In this document: piece after piece, positions 1-10,824 of the stretch
How positions within the stretch are numbered: the stretch's first letter is position 1
How the letters are laid out: every line of letters starts with the position of its first letter
Assembly: GCA_965644295.1 (NCBI GenBank)
Contig: CBFFRP010000093.1
Location: 1 to 29,212, forward strand
DNA: 29,212 bases
Reading direction: 5' to 3'
Origin: Paraphysomonas bandaiensis
Taxonomy: Eukaryota; Protista; Chrysophyceae
Program-made: the position numbers and the translations under genes
The notes under the pieces: model-generated
The model's database searches: none
What the model was told of the DNA's origin: nothing
The model's input: only the letters and a program-made list of their open reading frames with translations

Positions 1-107
1 GGTAAAGTGATTTCACCAGGTTTCATATATGGAAAAGTTTCATATAAGTGCTTATTTGAAGTCTGTATTAATATTAGTTATAACTTAGTTGTTGTATATT
101 ATCAATT

Positions 108-1850
108 TAGACTAAACCATAGTCTGTAACCATAGTCTGTAACCAATGATATAAAGTGGAATTATTACAACACTGAGTAAACCAATCACGGTACCCCTCT
201 ATTCTATAGTTTCCTTAGATAGAGTATCAGCATGTGTGTACAGTTCGCTAGCTAACGCGTTACAGAAACTATAATAATCAATACTATTTGTATCTATCGA
301 ACGAATATTACAATACGCATGGAATGTATTTTGCAGAACACAGCCGAACGCAAACGAGCTAAACTTTCCTCTTTCGCCTAGATGCCCTCCACCACCATGC
401 CGATGAGGCCATATCCTCTCTTTAATCTGTAAATTGAATACATCACATGCTGCAAACATCTTACCATAGTCGGAGCACACAGGCACAGAATTGGTGGTAG
501 ACCTCGTAGGTGATCTATGATAAGCATTGGACAAGGCGGTATATTTCTTGCCATCCTTCGTATAAGAATGAACTATGAGTTCTTTACGCTGTTGATTCCA
601 CAGTCCATTCCACTGTCCTCGTATATTAACACCTTCACGAACTTTACGAGTGAGTGCTTGGAAGCGCTGTGGATTCACAGCCCCGATATATTTTACTTTC
701 TTCCTTGCAAGTCCCTCTCGTGCAGCTTCATCAAGATAATACGAGTCGAATACAAGAACAGTGCTACTCATTCGTGTAGAATTAAAAGAGTGTATGATTT
801 TGCCCCAGTGTTCCACTACAGCGCTGACAGGTATAGACTCTCCTAGATCAGCTATCGCATCATGCAACCACATGTCCAGCATGTATGCGTGTTTATTGGA
901 GAGCTTCACACACAACTCATACACCCACAAGCCCATTCGTTCAGGCTTCATATAAACTACTCTTATATTAGGACTATAGCCTATAAATCACTTGTTAACA
1001 ATAGTATTCAATAATTGATCAATATACACACCTGAGAAATGCAGCAACTTCTCATCGCCAGCTACAACATTGCCAATACCACGTAAAATAGATCTAAAAT
1101 TATGAGACAACTGCTTTGAATATCGACTATCAAATAAAAAGTTCGTTGTCACAATTTCCATGAATCGTATGCCCAGAGAATCAATCCTTGGATAACAATC
1201 CTTAAAGTGGTCTCGGTACCATATAAGTTGCTCACGCAATGGTCGCGAATGACGTATTACACCTCTTGGGGCATGTTGTTCTCCATAAATTCGAATCCAA
1301 ATTGCAAGAAGCTTATATATAGAACACAATGAAAGCAAAATTACTGATCCACAGTCATATGTCAAGTCGGCAGGGTCAATATCCTGGGCTATTTTCGTCA
1401 CAAGGGGTACTGTAACAAAACGCAAGAATATCTTGAGGAAGCTGGCAGTGCGAAAATTAAACGTAGGGTATCGATCTGCATCAACCGTATGAGGCAGATG
1501 GAATGACTCATTGGCCGAATCAACTGGTCTCCAACGCCCAATGATCTCTATTTCCTGAGCACGCTCTGAGCTTCTTGTCGCGTCATCTTCATCGTTGCAA
1601 AGAGAACCTGATTTGCGCTTTCGAAATGCCATGTCAAACTATGAGTGAATGGGGGATATAATGAACTTACCAGCACATTAATTTGACCTGCAATTCGCTG
1701 ACTCAACACTGTGATATGAAGTGTGAAGTGTGGATCACATTGTCTGATTTCGACTGATTTTATGACAGTTATTTTATGTATGAAAATCGACGTTATTTTC
1801 AGTTTTTTTTCTATTTTTTTCAGTATGGTTGCAGACTATGGTTTAATCTA
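108..1850 (-). mobile_element. piggyBac-like element with 27-bp TIRs, nested near the left end of the Sola-like element
   Basis: 108-134 TAGACTAAACCATAGTCTGTAACCATA is the inverted match of 1824-1850 (2 mismatches). The pair flanks a single transposase gene. ATT is present on both sides (105-107 and 1851-1853). Confidence 0.75.
199..1632 (-). CDS. piggyBac-family (PGBD-like) DDD transposase, 460 aa after splicing a 51-nt intron (981-1031)
   Basis: Splicing GTGTGT...TTATAG joins ORFs 988-1632 and 199-951 into GDEKLLHFSG-YSPNIRVVYMKPERMGLWVYELC. Further motifs VFDSYY and YGKMFAACDVFN match the piggyBac DE / DN / YN..M.GVD blocks. No C-terminal Cys-rich domain. Confidence 0.85.
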
Positions 1851-2059
1851 ATTATATATATTATTTTAAAAATATTTTACTAAAATACTGTATTATATAT
1901 TGTTACTTCTCATATAAATCTACTGTATTACTACTTATGAAAATCTCACATCAACGTAACACTACTATATATATATTATGCACAGACAACACATACACGA
2001 AGTAATAAAATGCAGACACAATATCCCTGAATTAATTACGCTTCACCGAAAACGATATT

Positions 2060-3831
2060 TTATTTGAAGTAATTCTGCAACACTAAGTTCTCGTACAAAA
2101 TATTCTTCTTTTCCGCATCATGTAATCGATGCAGTCGATCAGTTTGATCTTGCACTGTAGACATAAGCATAAAAGAATTTCGACCATCACTACAATGAAC
2201 AGCTTGTTGAGGTGCAAGAGACACACCAGTATCATCACAAGCACCAAGAGAAGCAGTACGTGCCACAGGGATAGTAGGAGGTACAGGCGGTTCGGAAACA
2301 CCAACAATAGATGCAGGCTGAGCAGAGGGATCGTGCTGTACAGGTGAGGGAGCCACTTCTCTGCTTGATACGATCTGCTTCATCTCGTCTCTCAACTCCA
2401 TACACATAGCCTGGGACTCTTTCAGTTGTTACATCAACTCTTTGACGACAGCATCCTGGTGAAGGGGAGGGGGTGGATGAGGAATACCCCCATCCTGGTG
2501 GGTGGGAGGGGATGCATGAGAAATACTTCTATCCTCAATCGTGATTACTTCGTCATCATGGTACTTCCCCTGCACAATAAAAGTCAAAAGTTAAATAAAA
2601 TATCCAAAGCATAAAAGCAGACATTTCTTACGACTTTACTCCGCTTCGGTTTCTTAGAAGAGATCTTCTCGACCAGTTCCTGCGCCTTCTTCATGGCGCA
2701 GGCCTTCTTGCGCCGCCCACACACTTTTGGCACCACTATACTGTTGTCCGAATGAACTTTCTTGGTTCTCCGGCCAGCCCCCTTTCGCTTTCCTTCAGAG
2801 GGTTCCTGGTCCCAGCCATCCGTCTCAACAACAACAAATGACCCCGTTTCATCCTTGTTTGGTCCTCTCTCCGGGACATAGGTAAAGTCATGGATTTCAA
2901 ACCAATTACCTAAGGAAGATATCAGTCTATCATGGTCCTCAAACTCCAGAGGAAGATATCTGTATTCCTTCTTAAACTTCGAGATCCCCTGTACGCGGAA
3001 CCACTGTTCCATTGTGCCATCTGCTAACGGTAGAAGCATGGCATCATACCTTGGGGCAACGCACTTGGTCCGGAGTAAGCAGCCGACGTAAAATCTCTGG
3101 CCTCTACGGTCTTCGACGATTGCACGACTTATTGACAGGTTATCCAACCTCCTGTTATAATGAGCAGACAGCAATATATAGTGATATAATAGCCCACACT
3201 TATCATGGACCTCGAGGTCAATGAATAATTTCAGCGGGGTGTTATTAGGATCACTCATAAATGGTTTGTGAACAAAACATTGCTCACACCCTGCTAACGT
3301 AACAGAGAGTGACTCTGACGAAGATTTGAAGAGTGCAACGAATGTAGATAGGTAATCTACGGCGGCCACGTCACCGTTTCCGTCTGCTGTAGCAGCATTA
3401 GCAACCACATCAGTTGCTTCAGCAACTACATCAGTAGTATCAGTAACTACATCAGTTGCATCGGCAACTACATCAGTTGCAACATCAGCCACATCAGTTG
3501 CATCGGGAACTACATCAGCTGCAACATCAGCCACATCAGTTGCATCGGGAACTACATCATTTGCATCGGCAACTACATCAGCTGCAACATCAGCCCCATG
3601 AGTGGCATCAGCAACAGAATCAGTTGCATCAGCAATCACATCATAGGGGACAACCTGAGAATCTTCATCAAAAAGTCCACGCACTTCTTCCTTGTCTACT
3701 GTGTGACACGGTTCACACAATAACTTTAGAGCCGAACATCCCTTCTCTGCGATTATAAATTGTGACCCACATCGTGAGCACTGATCAAAATCATCAGTGT
3801 CACTAGTAGAAGAATCTGAGTCACAGCTCAT
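2060..3831 (-). pseudogene. Transposon accessory gene: N-terminal CxxC...CxxC ribbon, acidic repeat, unknown globular domain, basic linker, coiled-coil tail; one premature stop
   Basis: A phase-0 intron at 2570-2631 (GTAAGA...GTGCAG) puts ORF 2584-3831 in frame with ORF 2060-2407. A single in-frame TAA at 2429-2431 interrupts ELM*QLKESQAM. Confidence 0.6.
3400..3640 (-). repeat. Coding minisatellite (21/42-bp period) encoding DATDVVA-type acidic repeats
   Basis: Repeated GCATCGG(C/G)AACTACATCAG units; the protein reads DVVADATDVVTDTTDVVAEATDVVA. Confidence 0.9.
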
Positions 3832-4312
3832 AGTTTACTATATTAATATTATATGGTCAATGCCAAATATATATTAATATAGTAATATGGTCAACGTTGT
3901 GTGTATATATGTATATATATAATGGTGTGTTAAGTTATGCATATATATTATGGTCATGATGTGCGTGTTGTAAGCACTGCTCGTGCAGTGTGGTTGCGGT
4001 GTTGTGTGATGCACACCGCGTCCTCACCACACACTCATGACGCGTGTTCGATTCTCTTGTGGGGTGCTTTTGGTCAAATTCAAATTTTTTTTGTACGTGT
4101 TTTTCTATATGTTATGCTGCGCTTGATCTGTGGGGTGATCTGAGAGCATATTTGAAAATGCACTTCACTCACAATCATTCATATCATCATTATTATCACA
4201 CACACTACCACACTAACACAACACAGTAGCTCACAACACTAATAAGTTCTTCGAAGGTAATCACATTCATTTCTTGTAAATCTCTGTATGCGCTGTACTG
4301 CCTCTCAACACC

Positions 4313-5466
4313 ATAGTGTATGTTACGCTTTGCCCTGGCTCATAATCTGCTCCGTATGGTTCAGCATGTGCATGTGATGGCATCTGGTTCATACTTGTAT
4401 ATGTATGACTGTATATAGCGAATTAGAAATGCATCTAGCAGAGTGTGAGTCATTCTTTTGCCCCTGCACAAACTCTGCAACCGGCAGCTGAACGGGGTTT
4501 CACTGCAGGATGTAGCTTGTGCTGAGCGATGGCAATGAATGTTCACTTGTATAATAGTGTATGTTACGCTTTGCCCTGGCACATATTCTGCTCCATATGG
4601 CCATATGGTTCAGCATGTGCATGTGATGGCATCGGTTTCATACCGTATATGTATGGCAGTATAGCTAGAAAAGCATGTATTTTTGTACGTGATGTGATTC
4701 ATTTTTTTGCCCCTGCACAAACTCTGCAACCGGCAGCTGAACGGGGTTTCACTGCAGGATGTAGCTTGTGCTGAGCGATGGCAATGAATGTTCACTTGTA
4801 TAATAGTGTATGTTACGCTTTGCCCTGGCACATATTCTGCTCCATATGGCCATATGGTTCAGCATGTGCATGTGATGGCATCGGTTTCATACCGTATATG
4901 TATGGCAGTATAGCTAGAAAAGCATGTATTTTTGTACGTGATGTGATTCATTTTTTTGCCCCTGCACAAACTCTGCAACCGGCAGCTGAACGGGGTTTCA
5001 CTGCAGGATGTAGCTTGTGCTGAGCGATGGCAATGAATGTTCACTTGTATAATAGTGTATGTTACGCTTTGCCCTGGCACATATTCTGCTCCATATGGCC
5101 ATATGGTTCAGCATGTGCATGTGATGGCATCGGTTTCATACCGTATATGTATGGCAGTATAGCTAGAAAAGCATGTATTTTTGTACGTGATGTGATTCAT
5201 TTTTTTGCCCCTGCACAAACTCTGCAACCGGCAGCTGAACGGAGATTCACTGCAGGATGTAGCTTGTGCTGAGCGATGGCATTAAAAGTTTCACCTGTAT
5301 ATAAGTGTATGTTACGCTTTGCCCTGGCACATATTCTGCTCCATATGGCCATATGGTTCAGCATGTGCATGTGATGGCATCGGTTTCATACCGTGTATGT
5401 ATGGCAGTATAGCTAGAAAAGCATGTATTTTTGCACGTGGTGTGATTCACTTTTTTGCCCCTGCAC
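4313..5466. repeat. Tandem array of ~4.7 copies of a 249-bp unit
   Basis: Unit starts (ATAGTGTATGTTACGCTTTGCCCTGGC) at 4313, 4554, 4803, 5052 and ~5302. Units 2 and 3 appear identical; the outer units are diverged or truncated. Confidence 0.97.
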
Positions 5467-5505
5467 GAATAATTCCTTACTTCTTGTATATATTATTATG
5501 TAGTT

Positions 5506-8391
5506 ATGAAAGAACCGTTAGCCCTCTTAAATACATACAGCTCTTCTTGCTGCTGTATCATGTGCATGATGACATGTGCATGTGACGGTTGCTACTTGTA
5601 TCGCAACCGCGATCCAAGTGCAGCTTTGATAGCCAACCGGCTGCGCATAGTCTGTCTGGGAGAAATCCGTCGCCTCAATCGGGACGAGAAGAGGCTATAC
5701 CTGCTTAACAAATTCCGCACCTTCCAGGTAAATTTAAATGTTGATTCAATATACATATTTCAATATTCAATAGTAATATCTCGTTTGTATTTAATAGGTG
5801 CGGGTCACGAAGTACAAGAAGTATTAGTTTAGCATTGTGGTGGGGGAGGGGGATAATATGCACCTAGTGTGCCGTATGGGGTTCTGTTGTGCGTATGCGG
5901 TGTCCCATTGGTACGTGGACAACTTAATTTGTCGACTAAAACGAAGGGACATGAACTCTCTGACCGAGTTATCTACTAGCCCCCGGGCTATCCTATGTGA
6001 AGTATCGGACAAAAAGCTCATTGGGTTTGCGTCCAGATTTGGTATAAACTTAAATGTGGAACAGTTGGGTGCCCTCCGAATGTCAGATTCCGAACAGTCC
6101 GCTGTGTGTGCTGCGTGGATGACCTACTATTTTTCACTGGTGGGTGATCAAGTCCCCGACTCTGACTCGGAGATTCACCTCGAGCCCATTCCTAAGAAGA
6201 ATGTGTACTCGGAGTACCGCTTTGACATGGAACAGATTAGTGAGATACCACTTCAGCTTCAGACATTCCTGCAGATATGGAAGAAGATTTTCTCGTACGT
6301 CAAGGTTCGGAAATATAAGCAGAGTTGTGGGCATTGCAATACTTGTGCCATGCTTTCGGATAAGCGTCGCCAGTTCAGAGATCGAAGGGGGCGGGAGGAG
6401 ATTACGAATCTTTACGCCCTACACCGTCTAAGTACTATGCAGGAACGCCGTCGGTACTACTCCAGACGACTTGAAGCACAGCTCCCCCCACAGTTAGTAC
6501 TGTCCACCATTTCAGATGGTATGCAGCAAAATCATTGTATGCTTCCCTGGTTTGGACATAATAAGATGCCTGCCATCCACATCAAACAACACTTACAGGG
6601 TGTGTTGATGCATGGCAAAAATATGACAATATACAGGACTTTTGCCAATGTTGGTGGTGGTGCCAACCTTGCCATACATACATGGCTATTAAGTCTGGAT
6701 GAGCTACACCAGAAGGGAGAGTTGCCAAAGGTCCTCTATCATCAGATTGATGGTGGTTCAGAGAATGCTAACAAGGAAATGTATGCCATTTGTGAGCTGC
6801 TAGTAGCTTCCGGGCTTGTCGACAAGGTTGTCTTAACAAGACTTCCTGTCGGGCATACGCATGAAGACATTGATGCAAACTTTGCCCTTATATGGAGAAT
6901 GCTGCGTGATGAATACATCTGTACTCCCTCGGAATTTTCTACTCTGATTTATAGAGCATTGAAGAAGAAAGTTGAAGTTTCAGTGATAGACTTATTTGTC
7001 CTACCTGATTATTGCAAGATTTTGGAAGGGTGCATTGATGTAGATATCGGCCGCTTCGCAAAGGAGGAGTGGACCCAACTGCAGTTCACGTTTGAGAGGG
7101 TGGTCACTCCTGCCGAGTTGACTGAACATCCTCTTGGCGTGAAGACATCATATCGGGCATATGCCTCAGAGGAATACATCGAAATTGTCGAGGACACTGA
7201 CCAGCAGTCTCTCTGTGGCCTCGTTGCTCAACTTTGTGAAGTGGAGAGTTATCCTCTCCCTAGTGAAAAGCCCTTGAACTTCTTGAAGAATCTTCCAAGC
7301 GGTGACTTTTCCCCAGCCCCCTTCATAGCTGGATCTTTTGAGTTAACTTCAGCTCTGTGCAAGAAAATGATAGAACAATATTCAACGCATAAGCCGAAGG
7401 TGGCCGAGGAATGGAAAGAGTGGCTGGATATTTCTCCCAAGAGTAATAGTGCTCAAGATTTTGTCACCGAAATTGGTGGAATATTTATTCCACTAAGAGA
7501 TGTCCTATTCAGTGGGACTGGAGTGTCCGATTTTGAAGTGGAATGCAGACATAGAGGAGTACGCGGAGGGCTATATGGATCCCATGCAGACGGAATTAGG
7601 AGGGTCAAGGCTACGGCTTGTGTTCTACACAACGAGAACAAAACTTCCGGCGCAAGGAAGATACCCCCACGAGTTGTCGTCCGGAATTGTGATGGTTCTA
7701 CACCCACCGATATGGTCGGAGTCTTGCCCAATGTATACCCCGGCAGAGAAGAGCAGCGTGCGGCGAGGAAGAAGACAAATGTTGAAAGAAAAGAAGCACA
7801 TGCAAAGAAGGCGAGGCTTGATGCCAGGAGGAGGGAGGAAGGCTGGGATTGTGGTGATATAATCGTCAATGACTCAGACGATAGTAATCAATCTGGTATG
7901 TTATTGTGTTGTAGATATTATATTATTATGCCATGTTTATATCTGTACAATATCAGGACAAGAGGTGGAGTCATCATCGTCTGATGACGATGGTAACCCC
8001 TCTATCACGTATTCTCCTGGGGACGAAATTGTTACTGTGACTAGGATGCGTGGTATTGTCCATGCTGTCAATGATGATGGTACCTATCATCTTGTTTACA
8101 AAAGCAAGAAGAGATGTGGTGCCACCAGGGAGGATAAGTCAGTGCGCTCCAAATACTTCTCGCTTGCATCTGGTATACTTTATGTATATGCTTGTTTGTG
8201 TACTGTACCTAATATTGAATATAGCCCACCAGGATAAGCCTCATAATATTCCCTCCAGTAAAAGAGACAATATTCCGAGGTGGAGATATATCCAGGAACC
8301 CACTAAGGAGTGGGTAGACACAGGTGCAGTTGATTCTGCTTCTATTATTACTGGTAAACGTACCAGAAGTTCAGTTGATTATCGCTTGTAA
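5506..8391 (+). CDS. Sola1/DUF7869-like DDD transposase (~890-900 aa, 4 exons) with C-terminal Tudor-like domain and CHZ-like motif
   Basis: Motifs CACDGC, VCRMGF, FLQIWKK..VKVRKYK..GHCNTC, ISDGMQQ, QIDGGSENANK and VGHTHEDIDANF. Frame-preserving GT-AG introns at 5728-5797 (or 5728-5827), 7896-7956 and 8173-8224. There is an in-frame TAG at 5825-5827 unless it serves as the splice acceptor. Confidence 0.78.
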
Positions 8392-8646
8392 GTATAGATA
8401 GCACTTTGTAATATATATAATAGTGCTATCTATAGTATGCATGTATTAACCGTTACATTAACCGTTACATTCTCACTTTTTGGACCTGTAACTAATATAA
8501 AACTTATTAAATGTCTCCAAAAACAGGTTCTCTTTACACCTACTACATTACTTATTGCAAAACATATAAAAAACACAACTTAAATCGACATTTTCAAAAT
8601 TTCACCAGGTTTAGAGCGCTTCTCCAGGTTTGTTCATCACATCAAC

Positions 8647-9552
8647 TTTAGGTGACGCATAAGGACTGGTGCTTGGTCGGTAGAAATATTTATTCATTCT
8701 CTGAAACTCCTCCTTAGTTTTCTGATACAACGCAGGTGGAATCCTCCTCATATTCCTGGGCTTAATACGATCGGGAATACTATTCTTGGTCTGTAATCTC
8801 AATGGTTTAACATGTTGAATACCTTTCCAATCACAGGGCACAAACACATCAATTGCCTCCTCCTTTAGGAATTGAACCACATCAGTCGCACTAGCAAATT
8901 CCGAATTAACTCTAGACAACTCTCTTGCTTTCGCAACTGACACTTCCAGAAAATTCAAAATTCCTCCAAAACTACAAGGCTCTGGTATTAGGTCATCCTC
9001 CTCAGCACATTGATTAACTGGATTCTCCCATGGTTGTATAACTGAACCGGACACAATATAATTCTTCAGTTCCTCAACATCATCACTAACAACTGCCAAC
9101 TGAGACAGCAAATTATTTGAATCATTACTCGCTGATTTAATCATTTTGATAAATAATTCACTGAAATGTTCACATATTGTAGGCAATCCGATAATGATAT
9201 CCTTTGTCATTCCTTTCAAAATATACAGTTTAACCCATGCTCCGTACTCCTTATCATGATCTTTGAATACAATTTTCACTGGTACATATCCAGGTATGAC
9301 TACCTCCTGTCCATTTGCTACTCTCACTATTAATTTATTATAAATGACATCCTTTTCCAAAAAACGTTCATATCTCTTGTAAAACTTATCCGATATAAAA
9401 TTATTCGAACTGGCACCCGAATCAAACAAAACGATATCGACATCAATCTCTTCACTATCACTATTTACAATGACACCACAACGATGAGCAGCAGCTCTAA
9501 ACTCCTTGCATGAAAATTGATTCAAGTTCACAACTGCTGTTAACACCTCTAG
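8647..9552 (-). pseudogene. Gypsy pol fragment: aspartic protease and RT N-terminus, truncated by the DNA transposon
   Basis: LFDSGA, VRVANGQ, DIIIGLPTI and PSTSPYASP, followed by unrelated terminal sequence. Confidence 0.85.
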
Positions 9553-10824
9553 TCACAAATCATCATCGTTATCATCATAGTCAATTTCTTCGCCACTACC
9601 ACCACTATCCGTATCTGCTTCTGCTCTCAAGTGACTCAACAATTTGACTTTGGGTTGATGTTTACCAGTTCCCGGGATTTTCCTAAAATGACCTGGATTA
9701 GACGACTGATTCTTCTGTGGAGGCGTATTAAAAGACGGTTTTGGTATCAAACTGAATCCTAATCGAGAACCCATCTTCTTAAAAGCTTCATTAAGAATTA
9801 CCTTCTTATCATGTGAAAATTTACAATTCTTCTCTTTGCAACCACCTTCCTGAGTCATCTGTCTATAACATGGTGACTGTTCCATATCTTTCACAACTAA
9901 GACACTGTTTTCCTCCTCACTGGGATTATCCTTATCACTACTTCTTTCAAAAGATGAATCATCTGCTCCTTCTGCTGAATTCACAGTTTTCACATCCCCT
10001 TTCTTCTTAAAATTAAAGCGGAACCTCCGTTTAAACTGCTGGTGCTTCTCGTCTAACTCTCTCGTAATCTTCAAATGACTAAAGAACTCAGCAAGAAATG
10101 CTTGTACAGAGGCAAAATTCTCCACTTTCAGAAGTCTTCTCATAGTATCCTTCATGCTAAATGGAATCAACCTCATGAAAGTCTCCAGAGAACCCCCATT
10201 CTTAATTGTTACTAATGGAATACTTTCATACAAACCATTACTTTTGCACGCATCAACCAAGAATTCATAACGCTGTGTAAACTTTGTTTCAAGAATGCAT
10301 AACTCCTCATCAACTCTCTTAAAATCCTCCAACTTATCCATATACACTTGTTGGTACGCAGTGCAAGATTTTAACAACATATCATTAAATGCGACTACAT
10401 CCAGTGGCCTGATATCATGTTTTACTGCAGACATTATATCAGTTATCGAAGCATCATTACAACTCAAAGTAGTTGGATACACATGAGGAAATAACCCCAT
10501 TAAAGTATGCTTCACAGTCTCTTTGGCTCTACCCTTGATCAATATGAATACTGAAGGAATTGGCTGATCATAATTGCACTTCTCAAACTCAGCTATATCC
10601 TCAAGAAACCGCATGAACTTATCCAAATCGATTTCCGAAAGCGAAATCGTTCTCTTATATGACTTGTCCTCAGTTGTCAACATAATCTTCTTGACTTGCC
10701 TCTTCTCTGCTTCAGCAACCGCTTCCTGTACCGTTTGTAGCGTTTGTCTCTTATCCTGACGGGGTTGCACTATACTGCTCTCCTCCAAAATACTCTGAGT
10801 AGCATTTCTAACTCCCTGTCGAAT
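9553..10824 (-). pseudogene. Gypsy gag, C-terminal part, with CCCH zinc finger
   Basis: ORF 9553-10788 lies directly upstream of and in frame with the protease; it contains CYRQMTQEGGCKEKNCKFSH. Confidence 0.75.

Larger units (their letters stand above)
1..8646. mobile_element. ~8.6-kb Sola1/DUF7869-like DNA transposon (left end runs off the window), inserted in Gypsy pol
   Basis: Gypsy pol stops right after the RT-start motif PSTSPYASP (~8650). The terminal motif TTTCACCAGGTTT occurs at 11-23 and 8600-8612, with a variant TTCTCCAGGTTT at 8620-8631. The element contains a DDD transposase gene. The exact right boundary is uncertain by a few nt. Confidence 0.65.

Noticed and set aside
3456-3758. 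His/Gln-rich plus-strand ORF
   Set aside because: Antisense shadow of the acidic coding repeat.
4313-5466. CRISPR-like or guide array
   Set aside because: Units are identical end to end with no variable spacers, and no Cas or TnpB/Fanzor motifs were seen nearby.
4313-5466. Hammerhead ribozyme array
   Set aside because: No CUGAnGA...GAAA core was found on either strand of the unit.
4361-5585. Repeated 73-88 aa ORFs as real genes
   Set aside because: They are by-products of the repeat on both strands, are broken in the edge units and show no recognisable domain.
2429-5827. Alternative genetic code (TAA/TAG = Gln)
   Set aside because: Long ORFs are free of internal TAR codons, and several genes end at TAA or TAG.
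199-8391. Obligate dual-transposase system (piggyBac plus Sola)
   Set aside because: The piggyBac-like gene has its own TIR pair (108-134 and 1824-1850), so nesting is the simpler explanation. This would need revisiting if most copies contain both.
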